A program made the position numbers and the translations under genes. A stretch of DNA of 63,447 nt, the filler included, from Diploschistes diacapsis (Eukaryota): assembly GCA_023645945.1 (NCBI GenBank). It is 18 parts of 18 records of this genome, joined end to end, with 100 filler letters (N's around TTAATTAATTAA, not from the genome) between each part and the next. Parts side by side here need not be neighbours in the genome. Positions count along the whole stretch, not along the records: positions 22,056 to 42,615 come from JALAIB010000339.1; 17 more parts are not named here. One strand, written 5' to 3'. The notes beneath the pieces are model-generated. The model saw nothing but the letters and a program-made list of their open reading frames with translations. It did not search any database and had not been told where the DNA came from. This document shows positions 22,056-34,590 of the stretch, piece after piece. Position 1 is the stretch's first letter, and each line of letters opens with the position of its first letter.

Positions 22056-23054
22056 GGAGAGGGAGGGGGAGGCGGCTGCGGTCGCGGAGGCGGTGTGGTT
22101 GGGTTGGGATGAGGGAAATTGGGAGGCTTTCGGGGTTGTAGGGATATTCCAGTCTGCGGTTGCGGATGTGGGTGGCGGGGTGTTTACGGTGTCTTCGTTG
22201 CTGCCGTCCTTGAAGAGGTCCCAGTTCGAGGCCTGAGCAGAGGGAATCTTCTGCCCGCGTACGCCGCAGGCATCGACGGGAAGGTAGGCTATGTTGCGGA
22301 GCTGAATACTGTCATTTGGCCACAGACGGTTTGCTTTCCGCAGCACTGGCTCGGGACAGCTGTACTTGATGGCAAGGCCGGCGGAGGTGTCGCTGGGTTG
22401 GACATGATGGAGGTATACTAGAGCGTCACCAGACGGATCGACGGGTGTGAAGTCGTCCGCCCTGTCGATGGAAGTCTTCCTCTTGTACCTGCCAGTCCTG
22501 TCTGGTCTCGAATGCCCATTTGTCAGAAGCGCCTCCCTCTTTCGAGCTTGTATCTGTGCCAGCCTATCCTCATCCGAACCCGCTGCCAGCGTTCTTTCAA
22601 AGTTGATCGTGGGACCCCATTCGTTTGTGGTCGGTCCGCCATACTGCAGCCCCCTCCTAGATCTGGCAAGTGTGGCCGACCGAGGCGTGTCTTTTATATC
22701 CGTCCCTAGCAATGTTGTTGCAACACCCTGCAACGACGACCAGGAATCCCCCCATATCTTGGGCGAGAATAGCGAGAATGTGCCTGCCGAGGGAGATGGA
22801 ACGCTCAGATTCCACTTCTTGCTTGGTCTGACCGCTGTCTGCGATCTCTGCGGTAGCGGAGGATGGGTCGAAGAGGATCTGGAGGCATTCGTGGAAGCGA
22901 GAGGGGAGGCCGCTCGGGAAGCAAAGGTAGACGAAGTCCCACTGACGGTCAATGGCGCAGATGAAGGCCCTGCATCTGTTGTAGGGTCACCTTCTACCGA
23001 GATCAAGCGACGATTTCGTGGGCGAAGAGAGGCGTTGGTCGTCTGAGTGTCCAT
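22056..23054 (-). CDS. LysM (CBM50) domain protein, intracellular type, 3' truncated
   Basis: LysM motif 'YLHHVQPSDTSAGLAIKYSCPEPVLRKANRLWPNDSIQLRNIAYLP'; no signal peptide; runs into the spacer. Confidence 0.85.
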
Positions 23055-23529
23055 GGCCGGCTAAGCCAACGTGGACTGTACTCCGGTTGCTCATTGGATT
23101 CGCTGGAGGAGAGATATTGAATGGTAGGTTTTCATGTGGGTTCATTCGGAAGGTAAAGTTTTGCGCTGCTATGCAGATGGAAACAGATGCAAGTTATTCG
23201 GTGAGAACATTGAGATTGAAGGTCTGTTCCACGTTCCGCTTAAAATACCGAAGTAGGCGAGCGTCAAATGCGGAGTTCTTAGACGTTCTTTCTTTTCACT
23301 TTTCACATAGCTCACTACATGGAGCTCCATGCAAACAGATGTGCCATATCACCTACATGCTTGTCTAACAAGCAGGATCGACAGATATTTACAAGTACAT
23401 AAGCCTATGCTTTCTCAGAAAAAGACCCTTGCATACTGGCAAACAGTCCCAATTCCAGGATTCAGCAACTCAAAAGTCATCATCACTAACCGCTCAAGCT
23501 ATATTGTTGAAGCCCTTCGACCAGCTGCT

Positions 23530-24126
23530 TTACCAAGGCTCTAGGCTCACATGCTGCTTTTCTGCCTCTGGACTTCCCCATTCATAAACTTCTCCCGCTC
23601 CCTCATTGTCTCCATGCACTTCTGTTTCTCCCTCGTCAGCAGCATCTCCCTCCTTGAGTTTACTTAACTAACCGTGTTCCTTACCATGGTCCACCTCCTT
23701 TGACCAGCCGTAGCAACCACTGTCGACCCAATCGACTAATCTCGCGCCAGGGTAGGCAGCCGAGCTGCTGAGGGTTTCCATGGCCCACTTGAACAGATTC
23801 GGCACCATAAAGTACTTTGCCTGGTCGCGCAGCATGTAACATCTAGACACGACCGCAAATTCACTGATTTGGTCGCCAAAGCAAGGCGCAACGCCGTGCC
23901 GAAGGAAGCGCAGGACATGTTCGAAGATGGATCCGTCGAGGTCGAAAAATTCGGGGGTATTGCCTCTGCCGAAAAGGAGATCGAAGTAGCCGGCTCTGCG
24001 CAGGACCCTGCGGGAGGTCTTGAAGCGCTTCTCGCCTACTTGGAGCTCGTAGATGCCGTCCTCAAAATTGGTAAGGTCGTGGGTCGACATGGTTGTGCTT
24101 GTGTTTGAGCTCTCTGGGTCCTTCAC
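23530..24126 (-). CDS. Small BTB/POZ (KCTD-type) domain protein; last intron ~23623-23673; true start uncertain (24090 or upstream exon at 24181)
   Basis: 'ELQVGEKRFKTSRRVL...YFDLLF...FFDLDGSIFEHVLRFLRHG...LRDQAKYFMVPNL'. A GTTAGT..GCTGAC..CAG intron extends the ORF to ...HVSLEPW*. Confidence 0.75.
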
Positions 24127-25168
24127 TGACTGGAAAGGTAGTTGATGTTGATGCTAGATTCACAGGAAATATATGTCCCATGTCAGTCTCCTGAGACGCA
24201 CTTCGAGAGCTAGAAGTTTTCTGGGGAACCAGTATACCTTTAAGTCTGTCTTGACCCAGATGAGTTGGATTACCGTGAGAAGAGAGATCTCCTGGATTGG
24301 TATTGAAAATAATGGTAAGTTGAGCTATAATTTGCTATGTTCTAGAGTTTATAAGAAAAGAAATGTATGAGCGGAAGAAATTATGGAGTTTCTAGTAGAG
24401 TATGAATCACTTCCCCATTGCTCATAATATATAAAGATCATCAAATGACAGAAATTGCCGGGTCCAGGACTGTAGTGACAGATGTGGGCGATGGTAAATG
24501 ACTCCTGAATAGGACTTAGGTTCAAGGTAGAGTCGTTGGTGAGTAAGAATAAGAAGCCAGCATAGATAGAAGCCAAAAGGTTCTCACCAGAGCAGTATTG
24601 TTATAGCACTAAAAACAGTCAAAGCCACGCCATTCATTGCTACTTAAAAAAAGAATGACAGCTATATAAACTCCCCGACCTGGTGGCATCATCGAAAAAC
24701 ACATAATGCCTAGGGCATCAAACAAAATAAGATGGCTATGTAGTCGTTGTGAGCCACGAGCCTGGCAAGCTTTCGATTCCCCTATGATCACCTATGATAG
24801 ACTTACTGCATTTGATTGCCGCGTCAGTTGCTTCATGCCTTTATCCGCCTGGTTTGTAACGGGTACCAACTTACATCTGCACCTACCTGAAGCGCTACTG
24901 ATCACCTTTTCAAGTTTCGGAAAGAATAACAATGCCTCAAACATACACACGACAAGTAGGAGGAGGATTCCAACGAACTAGAGAGCCAGCCGGTGATTGA
25001 CAAACAAAAAGGATTGGACGATTTTCGGTTTTGTGCCCCAAACTTTTCTCTCCTCTAACTTGATCCTCCATCTATGTTCTCCTTCTCTCCCACGCCATCC
25101 TCATCCTCACCTTATGCTCCTCCAGACTCTCGTCCTGCTTCCCTGCAGTAAGTAAGCGGTCTTTCGAA

Positions 25169-26340
25169 TCATTCCAGGCTTGGTGCTTCTCGATCCTTTC
25201 CCCCTTGCCATGGAAGAAGTTGTGAATAGCCTCCTTTACATGAGAACGAGGTTCTTCTCTTATGTAAGGCGGGCATCGATAGGAAAGAAATTATCTCCCA
25301 CTCGTTTCCGAACATGGTGCTGATGCCTGAATATGTCTTTTTGGTGAATCGCCTGTTCAAGCTCTTCCTTCTGAAAATTAGGCGCTCTATTCTTCAAAGA
25401 ACAATAAGCATTGTATGTCTCTCTTGCGTCGCCGCGGAAAACAGAACAGCAGCTAGTCTTGACATAGACTAGTGGAAGAAAATGGATGTTGCTATTAAAG
25501 GAACGAGACCCTGCTGAAGTAGTTGAAAATACAACATCGAAGGGCACTTCTTCTCCTCTTAGTACGTATGGTATGGCCTCGTTGACCCAAACCGGGATGT
25601 ATGTGTGACCAAACCAAGCACGGTTACTCTTTCGATTCAAGCTTCACAGATCTTGGATGGGAAATCCTCCGGAATCTTCGAAACGGCCTACAGCTTGGGC
25701 AAGCCTGAGGCAATGCCACAGCCCCGGGCTTCAAAACTTGCCAAAGGAGTCAATTATCATACTTTCCAATCCTTGATATCCACTCCTTTGTAGCTCTCCA
25801 GTTCCGTGTTTTTGAGCCGTCCAGGTCAATCACAGCATCTCCGGGTGTGTCATTTTTCATTCCTATAGGACAGAACCTGATCCAACAGCGCTTCTGTGAA
25901 CACGCACAAGACCCCGTTCTCGCAACTTGCCTTGTCACATGAGGTCGACCATCAAGGCTCTGGAGGAATGTTGGAAACTGTCTCCCACTTATAGTTCCAA
26001 TTGTTTCCTGTGTATCTCTGTTCGGCCGAACGTCTGAGCTCGTACATTTCAAAGGATTCCGCCTCCGACCTTGGCTCCAAATAGACATAGTTCTGGTACC
26101 GCTTTGGACCGCCGAAGATGGAACAGCAGCCGGTTTTTAAGTAGATCAGAAAGAGGCAGCAAACGTCAGCGTCAATGATGTGACAACTTCGAGTATAGGA
26201 CGTCAGTAGAGGCTCTAAAGCCCCGGCCCAAGGTGGGTTCCCTCTTGCGGCTTTCGACGTGCACCCTATAATACTGAAAGGGAATGCACGGTCCTTATCT
26301 GGACCAGCATGCAAATGTCCTGGGTGGATCATATTCTTTA
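25169..26340 (-). pseudogene. Degenerate gene with two internally similar, BTB-like segments
   Basis: 'IIDADVCCLFLIYLKTGCCSIFGG' and 'HFLPLVYVKTSCCSVFRG' resemble each other and the neighbouring BTB C-terminus; the frame between them has several stops. Confidence 0.35.
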
Positions 26341-27332
26341 TCTTTCAGTACCGATGCATAAATCTCGTAGATTCTAGGAGGGGAAGCTGCTAGGAATGAT
26401 AGAAGCAGCCTACGCCGAAGGTAAATCACCGTAGTAAGCTATGAAAACTGACACGGCGTCCATCATGCTTGGATACAGGCGGCTTACTTTCCAATCTTCA
26501 ACCTCTGCGCCATAGATTGCCGTACCGTTCGAGCTTGGTTATCCTCGAGAGGCAAAAGCCTGCCCAATCAGCGCCGTCCTGACCGTCTCCATAGTTTCTG
26601 GGTTTGATTCCTAAGCATCTCCGTCCTCGGACTCGTGGCCGTGAGCAACATCAAGAGCACTGATGTGCAAAGCAAAAAAGCACCCCTCGCACATTCGCCT
26701 TAAAGACACAAGCGATCCCGAGGTACACCCAACGTCCAGTCACACATGGGAGCAATCCAATACGATGTATGTTCCAACGTCCCAGTCCACAGTCATAGCT
26801 TGGAGCAATCAAATACCATCCCTCTTTTTTTAAAAGAAAGAAGAAAAAAAGAAAGAGCAGCAGCCGAATATCTTAATCATTAGATGCAATCATGGCCCCA
26901 CTCCCTACACGCAGCCATGAGAACAATTCCCATGTGCACCCATTCTTGCAAGACGAATATCTGCAGTGCTCAGGACAGAAGAAAAGAAGAAAGCTGCGGG
27001 AAAGGGCTGGGGAGTCTACGGAGACGAAGGATGAGGTCAAAGTGAACAAAGTACGAGGATGAGGGAGGTGAAGCAAGGGCTGTGCGAGAGTGGGCTCGTG
27101 AAAGAGATAGTGAGATTTCAGATTAGAGGCTCTAAATGCGGGCGAGTGACGGGATAACAACATGCATTAGAGGCATGAATGTATAATCAAAGTAATATGC
27201 GTAATAGACATTACCATTGTATACATATGCTGTACCTCTCATATCCATGAGACTAGGTTACCATCTTAGCGTTATTTCTTCTCTCCATCCCCAATATCGC
27301 TTTATTTTTGCTTGTAATACATCTTTCCCGAA

Positions 27333-28392
27333 CTAAGAGAGAGCCACCTCGGCCGGTCCAGCCAAAGTGCCAAACTGGCTCAACGACATCTCGTCTAGGC
27401 CTCCTGAGAAGGTCGACAGCACGGCAAAAGCGATTCCTCCAACGCCAGACGGTACTGGAACTGTGCCAGTTCCCGTGCCAGTCTTGGTAACTTCCTCGAA
27501 GATTGGAGGCGAAATCTGGTTAATGAATGCCATGTAGAGCGGCGCGTTTGGGTCCACGGTGACAAAGAATGTGCTTGGATCCCAAGCGAATGTCAGAGTT
27601 GTTCCAGCTGCGATCGGAGGCTGCAAGTTCTCTGGTGGGGTGGGAGAGGTAAGGTTCAGCTTTGGGAGGAGGACCTGACCGGGGAGTTCCATGGGGCATT
27701 CCACGACGAACATATGACCAAGGTTGTAAGCAAAGAGCGCGGTGAGGGCGGTATCGAAGGGCACAGGGAAAGGGGACGCGCCTGCTCCAGTACGGAGGTA
27801 AGCGTCGTGGCGGGCTTCATTCGGAAGAATCGAAGCGGCGGTTTGAAGAACACCAGTATTATCGGTGAGTTCGAGAGAGCCACCAATATACTATTGGTTT
27901 TACCGTTAGCGGCAGATTAGATGGCAGAAAAGGCAGGAGAACATACAGCACCAATACCGACTGTGGTAATCATGTTGGCCAGAGCAACAAAAGATTTGGG
28001 GTCCGAGTAGGGGAAGCTGTAGGTGCATGCCGGAATGGGAGTTACGCCGTTCTCTAGAAGTACGGTGGAGATGGTGTCGATGTGGGTTTGCTCTTGCTGA
28101 AACCTCCGTTAGTTGTGCATGCTTCAAAGAAGATAAAGTGACATACCTCAGCAATCAACTGAACATTTTCGCGGAACCCAGCTGGGAAGCCCTCAGCAGT
28201 ATACTGGGCATCCGTAAAGTTCTCGTAGCCGCCAGTGTAAAGAACGAACTCGAGGTGCTCGAGGAACAGTGCTAGCTGTAGGACAGACGTGTCATTTGCG
28301 GAGAGAGCGCGCTTCTCAACGGCCCCGCGAGACTCGATTGGGTGAGCAGCCGCAAGGGCAAGTAAAGGCAGAGCTTTGATGAAGAAATGCAT
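27333..28392 (-). CDS. Secreted ferritin-like (Rds1-type) stress protein, multi-exon
   Basis: Signal peptide MHFFIKALPLLALAAA, KR site, 'VLQLALFLEHLE..LY..G..NF', 'SIGAFIG', 'PFDTALT', ending 'GTLAGPAEVALS*'. Confidence 0.8.
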
Positions 28393-29945
28393 GGCTGCGG
28401 ATTGGCCAGGGACTCTGTAACAGGTACTGTGTTTCTGTCAAACAACGGAAGTTTACTCCAACTGCTGCAGAAGTCGGATACCGAGAGATAACGTGGAGAT
28501 GAGAAGATCTGGCAATGCACAGAGAATAAATACCGGAGAACGAAGAGGAGACTTCATCGGCACCCGTTTGCCTGGCGATGATTTGGTACTGACGACACGG
28601 CAATTACGATATGCATATTCCGCTGAACTTGCCTATTCAACGCAACTGCCAGCAACGAAAACGTTGGAGAAAAACAGGAGCTGTGACCATGACAAGTCGA
28701 TGGAAAGGGAAGGTACAAGTCTCGGTCGAGCTTGTTTCCCATTGGCGTGGATCAAGAGTGACGGTTACCAAAGCTCAGCAAGCTAGCCATAAATATCGGG
28801 TGTCTGTCGGATCTCAAGCCGTGGCCAGCATGGAAAGAGGCACAATCCCCCGACTTGTTGCTGGAGAGCATGAGATCATTAGTCGAGGGGATTCTGGTGA
28901 GGGATGGTCCACGATGCCGTTTCAATGTTGGTAATGGAATCCTCATCGCGCTTCTTGGCCAGACGCCAAGTAGAGTCATGGACTAGACGATGTTATGGCC
29001 AATCCCTGTGGTCCATAATATCTGGGGTATCGGGTATGGGGGCATGAGCCCAGAGGTAAAGATCTGGAGATCTGAAGATTTCGCAACATGACGTTCACTT
29101 TTCTAGCCTTTGAGGCTGCCCGAAGCGGCAAGGGCTTGCTTGGAAAGTCACGCTAAGTCAAGCTGATCGACCAAAAAGGAAACCAAGTACAGGCCGTTTC
29201 GGAAGACAGGGAGTCTCTCCGCAGCGAATCAAGCATTCTCGAACCATCTACGATATCGCATCCAGAGATCTACTCTATTCCTTAGAAGTTGTAATGGTTT
29301 TGTGACACAGTAGGAATGTTCTCCCTAGACTGGAGACACTCTTTGTCTAAGTAGCCTTCTGAAGTTAGCAACATGTGCGCCAAAAAAGTTGGCCGCGCCG
29401 AGCTGCTATCGGTTCCAATACCCCGGCAGGCGATAAATATAATAATTATATAACAAGAGCTTCAACGGCTGATTCGGAAAAGATCAGGAGCACCCTTGAG
29501 GCTATTTGCTGTTGTAAATTGTTAATACAGCCCGTACTCGGGGCATGAACTTGGCGCGGCCAAATCCTTTGGCCTACATCATTCAATTGATTGAGCTAGG
29601 GGTAATCCGAGATGTTCATTATCTGCCCAATGACAACGCTGCCATGCTGCCTTCGCTATCGTAGCCGTGTTGACAGTTCCCTGAATGCAGAATCTGCTGT
29701 CAGAAAATTGCCAAAACCGGTAGAATTCGCATAGTATATACAAGAGCCGAGATTTCCGGAACCACATCATAGTCTAGATCCAGCACTAGAAAGAGGTCGT
29801 CTATATCATATGTCCAATCTGAAAACAGCTGAGGATCCAGTACTATCAGTTTCGTGACAATCTTTCCACTCCGCCTACGGCTCTGCATGGATTCATATGC
29901 AGCAATCAATCCATGCAGCGCATGAACCACCATTGAAAAGTCGCT

Positions 29946-32801
29946 TCAACTCAAAAGCCAGCTCGGTTCCCTGCGCTTCCTCTGACGTTCTTTCTCCATG
30001 TCCACCCTCTCTTTCTCCTCTTTCTCCTGCTTCATCCTTCTATCCTGCCACACGCCGACAAGATACAGCATGATTGCTATTGCGCTTACTGCTCCCAGGT
30101 TCTTCAAAAACTTGCCGAAGGCCCGAGCCACAACGCCGTAAGCTCGACCGCTCCTGAAGAGAGGCTTGCTAGAGTTTAGTGTATGGATAGACTGGCTTAA
30201 CTTGTCCTGCGCAGCTATTGTCTCTTCCGCTGCCGATTTGGCACGGCTCGACCGGCTTGCTCGCTCACGTGTTTCGGCGCGTTCGTAGGCTCGCACACAT
30301 CGATCTCTCGGCGACGGCCTGCCAGAAAAGACGGACTCTTCGCGCCATGGCTTGAGAGCTTCGGCCAATTCTTCTACCTCGTCCGGTTCCTCAGCTGGTC
30401 CAGGGCTGGACCTTACTGCAGAGGACGGAGGAACTGGATGAGGCTGGGTATGGGCAGTCTTTTCTAATTCGGCAACAGGCCTCTGTTTCAGCTGTTTCCT
30501 ATAAACGAGTACATTCCGCGTCCCCGCGATCAATTCAAAGCCCTGAGACTCAAGCTTGCCCATGTGGTCAAAGTACTTGTAGGGTTGGTCAAGGTGCGTG
30601 AGAATGTCTGAAGCCGACCTCAATGGAGAAGACGTCGGGAATAGCGAGGAGCTCGTGGTTGCAGCCGCCACTGTCTGCTTGACCCGGTCCATAGCAAGGA
30701 TTCTGTAAACATAGCGAATGGCTTCGGCTTGCTCTGTGCTGACTGCATGTTGAGTATTGTCGGGCGAGAGCTTCGTTTTTCCCGCCTCATGAACGGGGGC
30801 TGTCTTCGCTTGATCATCCTCTGCTGTCGCCAACTGCGGACTCTTTGTCCGCTCTTGCTCTACTTTAAATCCAGGAAGAACTTCAGGCCCGACGCTCTTG
30901 GATGGTGAGGTTTGGATTGCCCCAGTCTCTTGAGGCGTACCCCGCGCCTCTAGCTCAGGTGCAGCTGGTGGAGTAACAACCGGGGTCTCGTTTAGAATAG
31001 CTTGCTTGTGCGCGGCGTCGATAGGCCCATATTTGTCTTCGTAAATTTCCCTAATCTCGCGGATGAGTGCCATGTCTCGCTCTTTGTGGTCTTGGACTTT
31101 GTTATGAATGGATTGCTCGGGCGGTGTTCCTTTTGGAAGACCTTTCGATACTTCGGTAGTAGCAAAATGTTCTCGTTTGCGATTTTCGAAACTATCAAAA
31201 GCTTTTCGTAGCGAACTGATCTCGCCTTCCAGCTTCCGGTCAAGTGCTTCTTTCTTAGCCTTTTGAAGTAATTCGGCAGAGCGCTTCAAGTTTCGTTGCA
31301 GCTGTTCATGTAGAAGATGCAATGTTTGAATATTTGGTTCTGTAAGCGCCCCCTGCTCGCCTCTGGCAGAATCATTTTGCATGTTGTATTCTCCCTTGGT
31401 GATGGCGCTAGACGAACTGTCAGACACAGCGGCCACGGTGCTAGCGTGATAGCGCTGCTTTGCTTTCTCATTAGGTTTTAGCGGCAAAACAGAATTGATC
31501 TCATCAGAGTGCTTCTTCTGCACTTCGGCGAACCTGCCCTCGAGCTTCTCGCGGCGCTCTCGGGCTTCTTCAGGTGAGGGTATGCCTTTCGGCTTCGTAT
31601 GGCCAGAAGCTGCTCGAACATCGCTCGCACGTAGCAGATCTATGTCTTCGGTCTTGTTCTCTGATGTGTTGTACTCAAGCGATGGCTTACTTCTTCCTAT
31701 CGAATTTAAGACGCGATTCAAAGCTGGCTCAATCCTTTCAGACTTGACGGCTGAAAAAACTTTAGTTTTCGGCGTTTTACCCTTGTCGTCCACGTCAAAC
31801 GATCTTGAAGAAGGTGTGAAGCCCTCGCGGACAAGCCAAGGCTGGGAAGCAAAACCTGCTAACTTCCCTGGTTTTCCATTTGCCGGCCTCAAAGCTGCAA
31901 TTTCCTCTTTCCCAAGATCACTTATAGGGCTAGCGAATTTCTTTACTGGTACCTCTGCTGTTATATCAATACTTTTCGTCCCGGTTGCAGCCTTTGGTTG
32001 GGAAGTTGATTGGGATGGCGAACTTGACTTGGCCGTCTCTACTTTCGGTTTCGGAACTTTTCTCAGGGTGATAGGATCAATCGTGTACTCCTCCGAGGCG
32101 AGGTTGCGCTGAGGCGTGTGTGCACGGGAGGTTTCTCTCCCGTTATGTGTTTGAGCTAGCATTTCTTTGCTCGTCTGCTTCGCAGCATCCCGTTTGTCAG
32201 GAACACTGGGAGCGTTCGTCTTCGCCTCGTCATGTTTTCCACGATTTTGACTCCGATCACTCCATGGCCAGGACTCGGCCCACGGGTTCCAGGCTCCTCT
32301 AGCTTCTCGAGAGCCGAACAGAGCATGGTATGGATCTCTTTCAATCCAATCCTGAAGATGATCAAAGGCTTTTTCTCGATCCTCTCTCATGAGGTGGACG
32401 AATGAGTTGTAGTCTTTCTTAACTTGTTTGAAGTGCTCTCGAAGTTCTTGGTCCCAGTCGCCCTCATCTCGATCTGTTCGCTTATCCCGATTTTTGTCCT
32501 TCGCATCCCTTGTAGAGCTTGCAAGACGGCTGAGCTGGCCAGTGAGCGGACTCTTCGAATTAGTTCTACAAGGAGGGATGGGGGAGGATTTCAGCCTAAG
32601 GAGGCGTGGGTAGATAATCTGATATCTGTAGATTTGGCCCACATTGTAGGACTTGGTACACCGCGATGACCAATAATGCCGTCTGCAAGAGTTGTGTCTG
32701 TTCTGCCCAGCTACGGAACGACCGAAGCTTCTCACTCTTATCAAAGAGCTATCACGAACATGAAGCTTCGGAATATGGGTGGAAGCCATGGTGGCGATCA
32801 A
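29946..32801 (-). CDS. Conserved fungal hypothetical protein (951 aa), Arg/Ser-rich N-terminus and C-terminal TM helix; possibly mitochondrial
   Basis: Uninterrupted ORF; motifs 'DPYHALFG', 'EEYTIDPITLRKV', 'EDIDLLRASDVRA', 'YRILA'; hydrophobic 'LGAVSAIAIMLYLVGVW'. Confidence 0.8.
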   Translation of the reverse strand: MIATMASTHIPKLHVRDSSLIRVRSFGRSVAGQNRHNSCRRHYWSSRCTKSYNVGQIYRYQIIYPRLLRLKSSPIPPCRTNSKSPLTGQLSRLASSTRDAKDKNRDKRTDRDEGDWDQELREHFKQVKKDYNSFVHLMREDREKAFDHLQDWIERDPYHALFGSREARGAWNPWAESWPWSDRSQNRGKHDEAKTNAPSVPDKRDAAKQTSKEMLAQTHNGRETSRAHTPQRNLASEEYTIDPITLRKVPKPKVETAKSSSPSQSTSQPKAATGTKSIDITAEVPVKKFASPISDLGKEEIAALRPANGKPGKLAGFASQPWLVREGFTPSSRSFDVDDKGKTPKTKVFSAVKSERIEPALNRVLNSIGRSKPSLEYNTSENKTEDIDLLRASDVRAASGHTKPKGIPSPEEARERREKLEGRFAEVQKKHSDEINSVLPLKPNEKAKQRYHASTVAAVSDSSSSAITKGEYNMQNDSARGEQGALTEPNIQTLHLLHEQLQRNLKRSAELLQKAKKEALDRKLEGEISSLRKAFDSFENRKREHFATTEVSKGLPKGTPPEQSIHNKVQDHKERDMALIREIREIYEDKYGPIDAAHKQAILNETPVVTPPAAPELEARGTPQETGAIQTSPSKSVGPEVLPGFKVEQERTKSPQLATAEDDQAKTAPVHEAGKTKLSPDNTQHAVSTEQAEAIRYVYRILAMDRVKQTVAAATTSSSLFPTSSPLRSASDILTHLDQPYKYFDHMGKLESQGFELIAGTRNVLVYRKQLKQRPVAELEKTAHTQPHPVPPSSAVRSSPGPAEEPDEVEELAEALKPWREESVFSGRPSPRDRCVRAYERAETRERASRSSRAKSAAEETIAAQDKLSQSIHTLNSSKPLFRSGRAYGVVARAFGKFLKNLGAVSAIAIMLYLVGVWQDRRMKQEKEEKERVDMEKERQRKRREPSWLLS

Positions 32802-33307
32802 CCAGAGTCATGAAAGGCCAGGTCTGGCGGTATGGCGGAAGATTTGATTTAGTATAGAGCAAGGAAAGGAAAGGAAAGGAAAGCTGAGCTGTGACTGTTC
32901 CGTAATGCCTTAAAGCGTCGCAGTGCAGCCCACAATGCCCCGCACTAACACCCGCAAGCCACATTTGAGGCGTAACGCCACTGAGCGAGCTGTGAAGCAA
33001 GATTTATTGCCCAGTATAGCTCAACTGTTAGCACATCTGTGATAATAGGGGCCTGATCAATGATCTACTGGATTCCTCGCAGATAAGATTGGTGAAATGC
33101 ATGTGGATAGAGCAGTTTTTGCTAAGGCTTACATACAACGCTTGTCTGTCGAGGGTTTCGCGCCCACGATTACTCATCCATCGTGGAAAAAGCGGCGCAA
33201 AATATCTTGACTTTATATCGGGACACCTCTAACCTACAACAAGGTACACAGTCAAGTAGGTAGCTATCCCAAACGCTATTCTCTACCCTACTTTATTAGC
33301 GTCTGTT

Positions 33308-34590
33308 ATGTCGACCAAACTAGCTGCGTAAGCCTATCTCAACTTACCCTTATGGTCCGACAGCGCTAACTCTCACCTTCACAGCCGCGACTGGGCAGAC
33401 GATGACGACTTCGAAGATCCCTCAGCGCTACCTTCAAATACCATAACAACAAACAAAGACGGCACCAAAACAGTAGTATCCTATTCCATCAATGACGCCG
33501 GTAAAAAGGTCAAGACAACTCGTCGGATTAGGTGAATATCACCTTCGACTGGACATGTATTGTCGCTGAGTTGCTTAGAACGACCGTCATTCGGGAGAAG
33601 GTGAATCCAAGGTATGATCCATACTTGCGAGCGCCCCAACTAGCTGCAGTTTTGCTGACCTTGGTCTTTGAGGGTTGCTGGTATCGCATGAATAGAACCG
33701 CCCAAATTGTCTGGTTGCTGATATCGCATAGAAAGGAAAGCATGGGACAAGTTTGGCCTTGAGCGCGGCCACCCTCCGGGTCCGTCATTCGAAACTACTT
33801 CCGTTGGGGAGAACATCATGTTTCGACCATCCTTGACGTTTCGGTCAGACGGTAAGAATGAAGTCAAAAAGGAGGAGGAGGAGAGTATCAAGGATAAGCT
33901 GCGGGATAAGAAGGTCAAATGTCGTATTTGCGAGGGAGAACATTTCACAGCGAGATGCCCCTTTAAAGTTTGTGCAACGGACCTAATAATTGAAAAGATT
34001 TGCTGATTATGGTCAAGGATACCATGGCGCCCGCAGGGGAGGACGGAGCTGGAGCTGGCGGCGCGGGAACAGGAGCCGGTACGGATCCAGGGGCGGACAT
34101 AGATGATGCAGGGAAACTTGGCACAGGTAGCGGAGGGTACGTTCCGCCGCATTTGAGAAAGGGAGCGGCCTCCGGAGCAGGAGAAAGAATGAGTGGGGGC
34201 AGTAAGTATGAGAGGGACGATCTGGCGACTTTGAGGGTGACGAACGTGAGCATTGCAACCTTTATCTCTGGGATATACTGGAGCCGGAAATGCTGACGGG
34301 CTGCGGTAGGTCTCCGAATTCGCTGAAGAACAAGATCTGCGCGAAATCTTCGAGCGCTTCGGCCGTGTTACCCGTGTCTTCCTTGCTAAGGACAGAGAGA
34401 CTGGTCGGGCGAAGGGCTTTGCTTTCATCAGCTATGCAGACCGCGCCGATGCACAGAGAGCGTGCGACAAGATTGATGGCTGTAAGTTCCTAATCTCCGC
34501 CCAAAATTGGACTTTTATTGATTCAATCTCCTTACAGATGGCTATGGGCACCTTATCTTACGGGTCGAGTTCGCAAAGAGAGCGACTTGA
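33308..34590 (+). CDS. TIF35: Translation initiation factor 3 subunit g, multi-exon
   Basis: 'DWADDDD', '[11 protein letters not shown]', '[11 protein letters not shown]', Zn knuckle '[14 protein letters not shown]', 'YVPPHLRKG', RRM '[10 protein letters not shown]...AKGFAFISY', ending '[14 protein letters not shown]'. Confidence 0.95.
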
